From the NCBI GenBank assembly GCA_963662795.1, contig OY759746.1:3808001-3872000 (forward strand): a DNA stretch of 64,000 bases, written 5' to 3'. The notes under the pieces are model-generated. The model was given only the letters and a program-made list of their open reading frames with translations. It ran no database searches and had not been told where the DNA came from. A program made the translations under genes and the position numbers. The stretch is from Spirochaetia bacterium (GTDB taxonomy: Bacteria > Spirochaetota > Spirochaetia > CADAEX01). Shown here one piece after another: positions 41,102 to 51,130 of this stretch. Positions within the stretch are counted from its first letter, which is position 1. The number at the start of each line of letters is the position of its first letter.

Positions 41102-41956
41102 ATGGCAACAGAAATCACAGATATGTCACAGCCTGAAGGGAAAATCAGGGGGCCTATTGTAGACGGTATTTTCTATCCCGATGATGAAAAATTACTTACA
41201 GAAGAGATAAGATATCTCCTTCAGGATGTGACAGAAATTCATGGCAGTTCATTCGGTATAATTGTCCCTCATGCGGCTCTCCCCTTTTCAGGCTCTCTTG
41301 CAGCAGCAGCCTATAATTCAATTGCAGAAAGAAATATTTCTACTGTTGTAATTATTGCACCGGTTCACAGGGAAGAACAGGATGCAGTTTTTCTGACAGA
41401 ATCTGTTTTATTTTCAATACCGACAGGAAAAATAAAGGTTAATACAGAGATTGTAAAAAAACTTGAACATACAAACCCCTGTTTCCAGATCAATGATGTG
41501 CCTCATCTTGAAGAACACTGCATAGAGATGCAGCTTCCGTTTATTCACTATCTTTTTCCGGAGGCTGATATAGTTCCGATACTTGTCGGCTCAAACAAAA
41601 TGGAAATTCTTGAAATAATCTCTGATTCCCTCAGGAATGTGTTCAATGATAAACTTGACAAGACACTTTTTGTAGTATCGGCCAATATGACAGCATACCT
41701 TCCTGTTGAAGAGGCATACAGACATTTCAGACAACTGCTTCATGCGCTTGAAACAGGCGATACTGAAGAATTGAACAGTATGCTGAAAAGCAATTACAAT
41801 AAATCAAAAGGCATCGGCTGTGTTGCTGTCCTTCTTGCAATTGCAGGAGCAGGAGCGCGGGTAAAGGTTCTAAGAAAAAAAGACTCATCAAAATACGGAT
41901 GTGAAAGCGGGAATATTGTCTGCTATGCCGCTATTACAGTAGATAAAGCCGGCTAA
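41102..41956 (+). CDS. amrB: AmmeMemoRadiSam system protein B (MEMO1 family)
   Basis: VDGIFYP, IVPHA, EEHCIEMQLPF, IVPILVG; adjacent to amrA. Confidence 0.85.
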   Translation: MATEITDMSQPEGKIRGPIVDGIFYPDDEKLLTEEIRYLLQDVTEIHGSSFGIIVPHAALPFSGSLAAAAYNSIAERNISTVVIIAPVHREEQDAVFLTESVLFSIPTGKIKVNTEIVKKLEHTNPCFQINDVPHLEEHCIEMQLPFIHYLFPEADIVPILVGSNKMEILEIISDSLRNVFNDKLDKTLFVVSANMTAYLPVEEAYRHFRQLLHALETGDTEELNSMLKSNYNKSKGIGCVAVLLAIAGAGARVKVLRKKDSSKYGCESGNIVCYAAITVDKAG

Positions 41957-41985
41957 AACCTGTACAATAACAATCAGAGGAAATA

Positions 41986-42555
41986 ATGGAATTCACTCTC
42001 ACACAACCAGATAAAAAGTTATTGGCAGAAACAGCAAGAGAAACAATCAGGGCTAAGCTGGCCGGAAGGAAACCTGTCTATAAACCCCACTCGGAGACAC
42101 TTGAAAAAAAATGTGGAGCGTTTGTTACTCTCCACAAAAACGGCGGACTGCGCGGCTGCATAGGACATCTCGTAGGGATAAGGCCTCTTTATGTTACGAT
42201 AAGGGAAATGGCCCTGGCAAGCGCTTTTGACGATCCGCGCTTCCCCCCTGTTGAAAAAAGCGAGCTTGATTCAATTGAAATAGAAATATCGGTTCTCTCT
42301 CCAATGTTAAAGATTAAATCTATAGATGAAATCAAGACAGGTCTTCACGGTGTATATATAAGAAAAGACCTCAGAACAGGCACACTTCTTCCCCAGGTTG
42401 CCGCTGAACAGGGATGGGACACGGAAGAATTTGTAAGTTATGCCTGCATCAAGGCAGGACTGGATAAAAATGCATGGAAAGAAGCTGAAACAGAGATTTT
42501 CATCTACACGGCTATTGTTTTTGGTGAAAAAGAAGAGCTTAACGAAGCAATCTAG
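41986..42555 (+). CDS. amrA: AmmeMemoRadiSam system protein A (AMMECR1 family)
   Basis: GAFVTL..LRGCIG..DPRFPP..EISVLS..LLPQVA..KAG. Confidence 0.93.
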   Translation: MEFTLTQPDKKLLAETARETIRAKLAGRKPVYKPHSETLEKKCGAFVTLHKNGGLRGCIGHLVGIRPLYVTIREMALASAFDDPRFPPVEKSELDSIEIEISVLSPMLKIKSIDEIKTGLHGVYIRKDLRTGTLLPQVAAEQGWDTEEFVSYACIKAGLDKNAWKEAETEIFIYTAIVFGEKEELNEAI

Positions 42556-42630
42556 CACAGCTCAACCCGGTTCTTTGAGTCTGATCCTCTAACCCGGCCG
42601 GGTCTGTAATGTGCAATTCAGGATCGCCGA

Positions 42631-43608
42631 CTAATATCTGATTATTCCTGCCGCAAGACCTCCTGCCCCGGCTCCGATCAATATACCACCGGTAACAGCA
42701 AGCGGATAATACGGAGAAGACGCTGTAAAATAGTTTGTATTGGCAATATTACCCGATATCAGTGTAATAATCTCAAGACCTGTACCCGCAAGAATCATCC
42801 CCATACTGCCCCAGAAAAGTCTGTATTCTTTTCTGGATTCTTTTTCGTTTAAGGAATCCCTGATTTCCTGCATGGTTATTGTGGAAAGCGGTTTGCTTAT
42901 AAAATCATTAATGTCCCAGTATGTTATAACATCATCCGGGACTGTTTCAGCAGCAAGCAATTTTTCAGGCTCACTTGCTTTTATTGCAACCATTTCATTT
43001 GCGGTAATAATTATTGAATTCTCTTTGAGAGAAGTTATTGTCTGACCGGGCAATGCCGCTGCGGTATCTGTCTGAACCGGCTCCACTGTTTTCTTTACAA
43101 CTTCAACAGATCCGCTGAAACAGTAAACCCTTGAAAGGAGATCTTCCCGGAGCCCCGCCGGATCAGAAATTATATCATATCCGAAATCTGTCCCTCTGAC
43201 ACCGCAGACAGCACTCTTTCCGTCAATTTTAAAAGACTGGCTGCCGGTTAATTTTTCAACTTTGGCGCGGATTCTGCCGTATGTGAGGGAAAAAAGCCCT
43301 CCCCCTTTTTCCGGGAAAGTGTCTATCCTGAAACTTGAATTTTCAGATATTTTTATAATACTGTCTGAACCCGACACCTGAAGTTCAAGAATTGTGCCCG
43401 GTTCAGTTATAAGAACGTCTCCCTGCCGAAAAACCAGCCCAAGAACATCTGTTTCAAATAAATCATAGTAGACATCATTCCCGTCCCTGACATGTGTAAA
43501 ACCTTCGCCGTCAGCATATATTATAACGCAGGACTGTGATGTCTGGCTGAATAGATGGGAAACAGAAAAAACAAGAAATATAAATACTAATATATAAATC
43601 TTTTTCAT
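42631..43608 (-). CDS. FecR-like domain exported/membrane protein
   Basis: Signal peptide, GDVLIT..ISENS..AVCGVRGTDF..VYCFSGSV, C-terminal hydrophobic helices. Confidence 0.7.
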   Translation of the reverse strand: MKKIYILVFIFLVFSVSHLFSQTSQSCVIIYADGEGFTHVRDGNDVYYDLFETDVLGLVFRQGDVLITEPGTILELQVSGSDSIIKISENSSFRIDTFPEKGGGLFSLTYGRIRAKVEKLTGSQSFKIDGKSAVCGVRGTDFGYDIISDPAGLREDLLSRVYCFSGSVEVVKKTVEPVQTDTAAALPGQTITSLKENSIIITANEMVAIKASEPEKLLAAETVPDDVITYWDINDFISKPLSTITMQEIRDSLNEKESRKEYRLFWGSMGMILAGTGLEIITLISGNIANTNYFTASSPYYPLAVTGGILIGAGAGGLAAGIIRY

Positions 43609-43640
43609 AACTTCTAATTTAGATTATTTTAAGCGATATT

Positions 43641-44576
43641 TCAAAGGTTTTTACCGTAACTATCAAGGAAAATAGATACCTTTTCCAGGATTAAAGATGC
43701 GTTTTCCGGATTTTCCCAGTAAACATTGTTAATTTTTCTGAAAAATGTTATCTGCCGTTTTGCATAGTGCCGCGTATTGAGTTTGATCTTCTCCCTTATC
43801 TCATCTGCAGCAAGGAAAGGGTCATAATCAAGTGCGAAAAACTCCCTGTAGCCTATCCCGCCCATACCGGGGGCATCAGACTCATACCCCATATTTCTGA
43901 GCCTTAGAAACTCATCATAAATCCCTGCGTCAAACATTGCGTCAACCCTTGCATTTATCCTTGCGTAAAGTTCTTTCCTTTCCCTGAATAGCCCTATGAG
44001 AAGAAAATCATATTCCTCTCTTTCTGAATCCGGTAATGCAAATGAGGAAAGGGGCTTTCCTGATGCGTACCAGACTTCAAGCGCCCTTGCAATCCTGTAG
44101 GGATCTTTTTTTCCGATTTTGTTCAAATATTCAGGATCAATTTTTTCAAGTTCTTCTGAAAGGGCAGCAATGCCCTCTTTTTCAAGTCTTGCAGCAATCA
44201 TGCTGCGTATATTCTCATCGCTCCTGGGAGCTTTCGGCATTCCGTAAATAAAATTCTTCAGGAAAAAAGCATTTCCTCCTGAGATAACCGGCACTTTACC
44301 CCGTAACCAGATATCACGGCAAAGCCTGTCAGCGTGAGCTGTAAAATCGCCCGCTCCGAATTCCATATCAGGTTCAAGAAAATCTACAAGATGATGTTTT
44401 ATCCTGTCTGTTATATCTGAATCAGGTTTAGCAGTCCCTATATTCATATATTTATAGACCTGCATTGAGTCGAGGTTAATAATTTCCGCTATTTTGCTTA
44501 AATTTAAAAGAAATGCTGTCTTTCCGACAGCAGTGGGGCCAAATACAACAACTACAGGTATTCTACCTTCCGGCAC
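43641..44576 (-). CDS. miaA: tRNA dimethylallyltransferase
   Basis: GPTAVGKT, DSMQVY..IGTAKP, IGYRE, TRHYAKRQITF. Confidence 0.95.
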   Translation of the reverse strand: MPEGRIPVVVVFGPTAVGKTAFLLNLSKIAEIINLDSMQVYKYMNIGTAKPDSDITDRIKHHLVDFLEPDMEFGAGDFTAHADRLCRDIWLRGKVPVISGGNAFFLKNFIYGMPKAPRSDENIRSMIAARLEKEGIAALSEELEKIDPEYLNKIGKKDPYRIARALEVWYASGKPLSSFALPDSEREEYDFLLIGLFRERKELYARINARVDAMFDAGIYDEFLRLRNMGYESDAPGMGGIGYREFFALDYDPFLAADEIREKIKLNTRHYAKRQITFFRKINNVYWENPENASLILEKVSIFLDSYGKNL

Positions 44577-44584
44577 GGATAGTT

Positions 44585-44776
44585 TTATTCCTCCCGTCTG
44601 TAATCAACTTTACCGGAAAGAACCTGTTTCAGCGCTGCAGAGACTACCTTGCTGCCCTCTTTTTCCACTTCTTCAGCGCCTGTAACAGTAATCTGCGCAG
44701 CCCTTTTTATTATCGCGAAAGTAAGTTCGTATATATTTCTGTTTCTCTGAACAAGTTTATCAAGAGGTATTATCAT
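44585..44776 (-). CDS. rpoZ: RNA polymerase omega subunit
   Basis: NIYELTFAIIKRAAQI..KVVSAAL, 63 aa, yicC-kinase-rpoZ context. Confidence 0.82.
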   Translation of the reverse strand: MIIPLDKLVQRNRNIYELTFAIIKRAAQITVTGAEEVEKEGSKVVSAALKQVLSGKVDYRREE

Positions 44777-44897
44777 TTATTATTGCTCCTGTATCGGATG
44801 GTCCGGAATTAACTGATTAATATTACAGATTTTTTATAAAAAAGTAAATAGCTCCGAAAAATATAAACTCATGCCGTGCTTCAAAGTTTCCCTGGAA

Positions 44898-45431
44898 TTA
44901 TTTTTTACCCTTATAGTCTAAAAGCTGTTCAGCCTTTTGCACAATCAGCTCTGCAACTTCTTCCGCCGACAATGCGCCTGTATCTATAACAAGATTTGCA
45001 AAGGAAAAATCATTATTATCGATATTATATAGATTCTTATACCGCTCTGAATCTCTTTTATCCCTTGCTATAGTTTTATTAAATACTTCTTCATAACTTC
45101 CGCCTTCACGCCGGTGTATACGCTCTGCCCTGACATCAGTCGGTGCATCAAGAAAAACCTTGAGATCCGCATCATCAATAATCCAGATAGCAAGACGGGA
45201 ACCGAGAACACAATTCCCCTCTGACGCGAGTTCCTTCTGTTTTTCATCCAGCATGATATCAAAACGTTTATCAGCTTCCGCAAGACGGCACAGCTCTTCG
45301 AAGGGAATACCTTTCTCCTGTGCCATGATTCTGAATGTATAATTGACAAATTTCAAGCCGAGTTTTGCTGCCGTCATTTTGCTGACTGTTGTATTACCGC
45401 AGCCGCTTTTTCCTGATATTGCTATTTTCAT
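44898..45431 (-). CDS. cmk: Archaeal-type (short) cytidylate kinase family NMP kinase
   Basis: IAISGKSGCGNTT P-loop, GSRLA, RAERIHRRE, RDKRDSERY..YNID, IDT. Confidence 0.75.
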   Translation of the reverse strand: MKIAISGKSGCGNTTVSKMTAAKLGLKFVNYTFRIMAQEKGIPFEELCRLAEADKRFDIMLDEKQKELASEGNCVLGSRLAIWIIDDADLKVFLDAPTDVRAERIHRREGGSYEEVFNKTIARDKRDSERYKNLYNIDNNDFSFANLVIDTGALSAEEVAELIVQKAEQLLDYKGKK

Positions 45432-45432
45432 G

Positions 45433-46302
45433 TTACGCTATATTCCTCACCTGTTCCCGGATTTTTTCCAGTGCGTCCCTTGCATCAATTACTGCCTGGT
45501 TAACTTCCACCTTAAAACTTTTTGATCCGATTGTATTTATTTCCCTGTTTATTTCCTGACAGATAAAATCAAGCTTTTTTCCAATTTGAGGAGAGTCTGA
45601 AGATATTTCAGCTTTAAACCCTTCAATGTGAGACTTAAGTCTTACAATCTCCTCGTTTATGCTGAACCTGACCAGCATTACGGCAGTTTCAGCGTAAATT
45701 CTGTTCTCATCAGCCTTGTCGCCGAGAAGCTGTTCAAACCGCTCTTTAAGATTTTTTTTAATATCATCCTCCATGGATGCAGCAAATTTTTCCGCAGTGC
45801 CTACAGCTCCTGAAATAATTTCAATCTGCCTTTCAATATCTTCCCTGGTCCTTGCGGCCTCAATTGTTCTGCTTTCATCAAACTGCAGATATGTTTTTTC
45901 AAGGAGCGGCTCAAGGATCTTCCAGAAATAATCCGCGTCCCTGTTTCTCGTTTTTTTGATTATACCTTCCATTCTCAGAAGATGCGATAAATTAATTGTT
46001 TCATTTATTCCCGCAATTGAAACAAGCTGTTTTAATGCGTCAATCCCGGCAAGGGCGACTCCTTTATCAATTGAAACAGTTGAATCCTCTTCAATCTCTT
46101 TTACCCTTACATATAGTTCAACCTTTCCTCTCTCAATTCTCGAAGAGAGAAAATTTCTGAGAACAGGCTCAAGTGAAGAGAAGAATGGGGGCAGATTAAT
46201 GTATAAATCAAGGTAGCGGTTGTTATATGATTTTAATTCTGTAACAATATCTATTTTTTCATCCTGATATTCGCTATAGCCGTATCCTGTCATACTTTTC
46301 AT
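45433..46302 (-). CDS. YicC/YloC family endoribonuclease
   Basis: MKSMTGYG, SYNNRYL, EEIVRL, GKKLDFICQEINREINTIGSK, EKIREQ. Confidence 0.93.
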   Translation of the reverse strand: MKSMTGYGYSEYQDEKIDIVTELKSYNNRYLDLYINLPPFFSSLEPVLRNFLSSRIERGKVELYVRVKEIEEDSTVSIDKGVALAGIDALKQLVSIAGINETINLSHLLRMEGIIKKTRNRDADYFWKILEPLLEKTYLQFDESRTIEAARTREDIERQIEIISGAVGTAEKFAASMEDDIKKNLKERFEQLLGDKADENRIYAETAVMLVRFSINEEIVRLKSHIEGFKAEISSDSPQIGKKLDFICQEINREINTIGSKSFKVEVNQAVIDARDALEKIREQVRNIA

Positions 46303-46378
46303 TATTTACTCCAATATTTTTATGGGCGCCAACCGGTCCGTAAGGATCATACTCAACTTAAAATTAACCTTTACAGTT

Positions 46379-47842
46379 TCACCTGTCCCTGTTTTTGAAA
46401 TAGCTGTAAAGAGCTTCTCCAAGTTTCCAGTTATCCCCGGCACCCATTGTAAGGAAAAGATCTCCTTCCCTTAATTCCTTTTCAAGGAAACCTGATGCAT
46501 CGGAAGGCTCTTTATAGAAAAGGACATTGCCATGCTTCTCTTTGGTCTTAACGAAAAAATCATTGTCCAGGGTATTTCCCCCTTCTCCCTTTTCCCTGGC
46601 CGACGCATATATTTTATTGAGTATTACAACATCGGCATCAGAAAATGATGAGGAAAAATCCTCAAGCAGTGCTTTAGTCCGCGAATAAGTGTGGGACATA
46701 AAATCCACGATAATTCTTTTACCGGGATAAAAGGACCTGATACCTGCAAGGGTTGCGGCTATAGCTGTCGGATGATGGCCGTAATCATCCATAAAAACGA
46801 TACCGCAGGCATTTCCAAGCAGTTCGCTTCTTCTCTTGCTCCCCTTAAAATTCCTCACTCCGGATGCTATTTTTTCTCCGTCAGAAATTAAAACTTCGGG
46901 GATATTTTTCCCTTTTATGTGCGAAGCAATACATGCGGATACTGCCGCCGCAGCTGCGCTGTTAAGCACATTATGCAGCCCCGGCACCCTTAATTCGAAA
47001 TCGCACTCAATCCCGTGCAGATTGAACATTGTCCTGCCGTCAAGCTGTTTTATGTTTTTTATCTTAAAATCACCTTCCGCACTGATGCCGTACGGGATAA
47101 GCCTTATACTGCTGTTTTTTTTCCTTACAGCATCCCCGAGTGATGCGGCCCCCTTCTCATCGGCACAGTAGATAAGGGTGCCCCCTTCCGGGAGTTTTTC
47201 CGCATAGGAGAGAAAGGCTGAAAATATATCATCGTAGTCCTTAAAATAATCGAGGTGATCAGGTTCTATGCTGGTTACAACGAGTATATCAGGTGAAAAA
47301 GAGAGAAAATGCCTTTTGTATTCGCAGGTTTCTGCGACAAAATACTTATCCCCTGCCGTAAAGGTGGATTTACCGTCAAAATTGGATATTGCAGACCCGG
47401 CAAGGACAGAAACAGGAAGATCAAGTTCCTTGAGTACAGTACCTGTAATGCCTGTAGTAGTTGTTTTCCCGTGAACACCGGCAATGCCGCAGGAGGGGGC
47501 TGTTCTTGAGTATGCGCCAAGCGCCTGTGTATATTCAAGGACAGGGATTTCTCTTTTTAAAGCTTCCGAAAGATCCGGATTTGAATCCCTGCCGTAGGCG
47601 GAAGAGTGGATTACAAGATCGTAATTATCATCAAGATTGGAGGCGGAAAAACCCTCCCTGTATTTAATCCCGAACTGTTTTAAAATTGCATCAGTATAAA
47701 ATATTTCATCAGTATCACTGCCGCTTACAATTGCTCCGGCCTTGTGAAAAAGCTCTGCAAGGGCGGCCATCCCAGTTCCCTTTATTCCCACAAAATATAT
47801 CTTTTTTCCTGTTAAAGGCTGAGGAAGCTGGAAACTGTTCAT
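46379..47842 (-). CDS. murC: UDP-N-acetylmuramate--L-alanine ligase
   Basis: GIKGTGM, GVHGKTTT, ETCEY, DHLD, DDYGHHPT, HTYSRT, MGAGD. Confidence 0.93.
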   Translation of the reverse strand: MNSFQLPQPLTGKKIYFVGIKGTGMAALAELFHKAGAIVSGSDTDEIFYTDAILKQFGIKYREGFSASNLDDNYDLVIHSSAYGRDSNPDLSEALKREIPVLEYTQALGAYSRTAPSCGIAGVHGKTTTTGITGTVLKELDLPVSVLAGSAISNFDGKSTFTAGDKYFVAETCEYKRHFLSFSPDILVVTSIEPDHLDYFKDYDDIFSAFLSYAEKLPEGGTLIYCADEKGAASLGDAVRKKNSSIRLIPYGISAEGDFKIKNIKQLDGRTMFNLHGIECDFELRVPGLHNVLNSAAAAAVSACIASHIKGKNIPEVLISDGEKIASGVRNFKGSKRRSELLGNACGIVFMDDYGHHPTAIAATLAGIRSFYPGKRIIVDFMSHTYSRTKALLEDFSSSFSDADVVILNKIYASAREKGEGGNTLDNDFFVKTKEKHGNVLFYKEPSDASGFLEKELREGDLFLTMGAGDNWKLGEALYSYFKNRDR

Positions 47843-47943
47843 AGTGGAATAATAGAAAAACACAGCTCTTTTTGCAATAGAAACAAGGCTTCTTTAGTGA
47901 GATTACAGTGACAAACTCACTGTTTCCCTGTATCCTACGGGTG

Positions 47944-49587
47944 ATGAAAATTACCCGGAAAATTCTTTTGCTTTTTGCTGCCCTTCTGCTTATGCCTTTG
48001 TCATCCTGCGCTGCGGATGACATTGTTGAGGTAATTATATCACCTGATATTGAAACAGAGACCGCTGAAACCTTTGCAAAGGTACTTGCATCAGCAAAAA
48101 ACAGGCTGAAAATCAGTACCGGCAGAAGTAAAACCGGAAAACAGGATAATGAGGGAAGTTCCATACAGATTTTACTTCAGCTTGAGGGTAAAGATGCCTA
48201 TGGTGATTTTTTTGCATCTGCCGCACCGGATTCGCGAAAAAATACTGCCCTTAAAACTGTTACAGGGAACAGAATTTATGCTCCATATACCGTATTCTAT
48301 GATCCCGAAATAAGCGCATCAACAGAAGAAATCCTGAAAGGAAAATACAAAATAAAACAGCTTGATGAAATCACCCTCCCTGAAAAAGCCCTTGCTGTTG
48401 ACGGCCGTTACCCGGACAGTAAAAATTACCCTCTTGTCGTCAATGTAACTGCTTTATTCCCTCAATACGGGGAAAATAAAAAAATCGATCAAAAAATTGA
48501 ATCCCTTAAAGCCGCTATTGTTTCTTATTACGGCTTTCAGGGGGATTTTGATGCATATGCAGATCCGGCGGTCGGGGAAGCAGTTACTGACAAAGACGCA
48601 ATTGCGGCTGGCGGGCAGAGAACAGCTGCTCCGCCTGAAGATCCTGTATGCGCTGTTACCTGGATAAGCTTTACCGGCGATATAATGCCTCTACGCGGAG
48701 TCGACCGTCAGCTTATGACGGGAGAGAAACGCGGCCTTGAAAAAGTTTTCGGAGGCACCCTTGAAATACTGCAGAACAGCAGCCTCGCTATAGGAAATCT
48801 TGAAACTGCCGTAACAGACCTCGGAAGCGGCAGCAAACTTGACAAATCATATAACTTTAAAATTCCATATCAGGTTCTGCCGCGCCTTAAAGAGGCAGGC
48901 TATGATTATCTGATGATCACAAACAATCACAGTTTCGATTACGGTATTGAAGGATTCAGGGATACCCTTTTAAATCTTAAAAAGGCAGGGATTGCAACAT
49001 CGGGGGCAGGACTTGATAAAAATGAAGCAATCGCTCCCTTCAGTACAGAAATAGACGGAAAAAAAATCAACATATTCTCACTTTCAGATTATCCTCCTGA
49101 AAAACTTTTTTCAGGGCGGATAGAAACCGAGGCAAAAGAGGACCGACCCGGCACGGCATGGTTCTCTGATGAATTTCTGTCATCCCTGAAAAATAATTCA
49201 GGCAAAAAAAGCATTGATATAGTATGCGTCCACGGCGGATTTGAGTGGTCATCATCCCCTGCGGCTTCACAGAAAGACCTTTTCAGAAAACTCACTGAAA
49301 ACGGTGCAGATATTGTAGTGGGCTCTCATCCGCATATCCTTCAGCCTCTTGAGGTTTCAGGCCGCTCCCTTATAGCTTACTCTACCGGTAATTTTGTATT
49401 TCCGGGAATGGAAGAAACAAAATTCGGGGAAGAAACTGTTATTCTTGAAACAGGCTGGTATGGAAGTGAAATCAAATATATCAATATTCACCCTGTTAAA
49501 ATATCAGGGGCTGAAATTAATCTTGATAAAAGCGGAAAGATAGCTGAACGGTTTTTAAAAATGAACAGGGCGTGGAACGGGAAATAA
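47944..49587 (+). CDS. CapA/PgsA-family metallophosphoesterase lipoprotein
   Basis: Lipobox LSSC; GDIM, GNLE, NNHSFDYG, VHGGFE, GSHPH, YSTGNF. Confidence 0.85.
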   Translation: MKITRKILLLFAALLLMPLSSCAADDIVEVIISPDIETETAETFAKVLASAKNRLKISTGRSKTGKQDNEGSSIQILLQLEGKDAYGDFFASAAPDSRKNTALKTVTGNRIYAPYTVFYDPEISASTEEILKGKYKIKQLDEITLPEKALAVDGRYPDSKNYPLVVNVTALFPQYGENKKIDQKIESLKAAIVSYYGFQGDFDAYADPAVGEAVTDKDAIAAGGQRTAAPPEDPVCAVTWISFTGDIMPLRGVDRQLMTGEKRGLEKVFGGTLEILQNSSLAIGNLETAVTDLGSGSKLDKSYNFKIPYQVLPRLKEAGYDYLMITNNHSFDYGIEGFRDTLLNLKKAGIATSGAGLDKNEAIAPFSTEIDGKKINIFSLSDYPPEKLFSGRIETEAKEDRPGTAWFSDEFLSSLKNNSGKKSIDIVCVHGGFEWSSSPAASQKDLFRKLTENGADIVVGSHPHILQPLEVSGRSLIAYSTGNFVFPGMEETKFGEETVILETGWYGSEIKYINIHPVKISGAEINLDKSGKIAERFLKMNRAWNGK

Positions 49588-49608
49588 CCGCCGGTTCAGT
49601 TTATTGCA

Positions 49609-50850
49609 TCAAAGGACAATATTATCAATAGCGCTTAGTCTCTCATTTAGGGCAGGGTGCGAATAATGGTAGAAACTGTAAAGCTTATGCGGTACAAGAT
49701 TTGAAAGATTCTCCCGCCCGAGCTTTAACAGAGCATTCTTCATGTTTTCCCTGCTTTCAACTGCATGTACCGCAAAACTGTCTGCCTCATACTCGTGTTT
49801 TCTTGAAAGCGAATTGAAGAACGGAGTAAGCAGGAATGTAAACGGATGGGAATATAACATAACAAGAACCAGGACACCATAGTAACCGGAACCTGCAAAA
49901 CCGAACGCCGTAAAAAGCGAAGAAAACCCGGCAAGGAGGCTGATAATATAAAAACCTGCAAGCAGTATAAACAGGGAAAGAATTATCCCCTTTATCAGGT
50001 GATGTTTTTTATTGTGGCCTATTTCGTGCGCGAGGACAGCTTCCAGCTCATCGCCGTTAAGTGAGGTCAGCAGTGTATCAAAGAGTACTATCCGCCTCAT
50101 TTTGCCAAAACCTGTAAAATACGCGTTCGAATGACGGGACCTTTTACTGCCGTCCATTTTAAAGATGCCGTTTACGGCGAATTTCAATCTGTGGGCAAGA
50201 ACAAAAAGCCTGTTTTCAAGTTCCTTGTCATCAAGCTTTTCAAATTTGTTAAAAAGAGGCGCTATCAGGACCGGATAAAGAATATTTATCGCAATTTCAA
50301 ATACTGCTGTAAACAGAAACGCATATATCCACCAGAAGTTTCCTGTTTTATCCATAAACCAGAACAGGGCGCAGAGAAGCGAGAACGAAAGCAGAACGCC
50401 CAGAAGAATGCCTTTCAGCATATCAACTATATAAAGACGGACAGTCATATTGCTGAAGCCGAACTTTTTTTCAATGACAAATTCGGAATATATACCGAAC
50501 GGCATCATAAACACTGATAAAATAAACATTACAATATAAATAAAAAATATCCCTGAGATATAGGGATGCAATGATGCCCCTTGAAGAAATACCTCTATTT
50601 TTCCGAAGAGCCCTGAAAATATAAAATAGAGAAGCACTGCTGCCTCATAAAGATTCGAGATAAGTTTGAATTTGCCTTTAAAAAGGGTATATTCCGCGGA
50701 TTTTATAAAATTATCTTCGCTTATGTGGTTTTTAAAAAATACAGGTACTGTTTTTATGGATGAGGCCCTTCTCAGGTTTAAAACCTCAAGAAAGGACTCG
50801 AAAATCAGCACTGCTGAAAATATTATCAGATAAAAGAACAGAATATTCAT
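49609..50850 (-). CDS. M48 (Ste24-like) zinc metallopeptidase
   Basis: DGSKRS..NAYFTG, HEIGH, EYEAD, SHP. Confidence 0.92.
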   Translation of the reverse strand: MNILFFYLIIFSAVLIFESFLEVLNLRRASSIKTVPVFFKNHISEDNFIKSAEYTLFKGKFKLISNLYEAAVLLYFIFSGLFGKIEVFLQGASLHPYISGIFFIYIVMFILSVFMMPFGIYSEFVIEKKFGFSNMTVRLYIVDMLKGILLGVLLSFSLLCALFWFMDKTGNFWWIYAFLFTAVFEIAINILYPVLIAPLFNKFEKLDDKELENRLFVLAHRLKFAVNGIFKMDGSKRSRHSNAYFTGFGKMRRIVLFDTLLTSLNGDELEAVLAHEIGHNKKHHLIKGIILSLFILLAGFYIISLLAGFSSLFTAFGFAGSGYYGVLVLVMLYSHPFTFLLTPFFNSLSRKHEYEADSFAVHAVESRENMKNALLKLGRENLSNLVPHKLYSFYHYSHPALNERLSAIDNIVL

Positions 50851-50883
50851 AAACCTCACCCCCCTGAGCGGGGGCTGGGAGCT

Positions 50884-51078
50884 TTATAATGCAGCAACCG
50901 CTTCCTGCTTTTTGCCGTTTGCGATAGATGCTTTGCAGTTTTTGCAAATTTTGTATTTTTTACCGTTTGATTCATATTCGTAAACAGCTTTAATACCGCC
51001 TCTCTTACAAACAGGGCATACACTTCTGCCGCTTGCAACCTGGTCTCTTATTCCTTTGCCTCTGTGAGCTTTAGACAT
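50884..51078 (-). CDS. Small basic Zn-ribbon protein (64 aa)
   Basis: MSKAHRGKGIR..CPVC..CKNC; AAGGAG RBS before ATG 51078. Confidence 0.7.
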   Translation of the reverse strand: MSKAHRGKGIRDQVASGRSVCPVCKRGGIKAVYEYESNGKKYKICKNCKASIANGKKQEAVAAL

Positions 51079-51130
51079 AATTTCTCCTTCGTTTTTCTCG
51101 GTACAAATATATAGAGTGCTTTTTAAAAAG

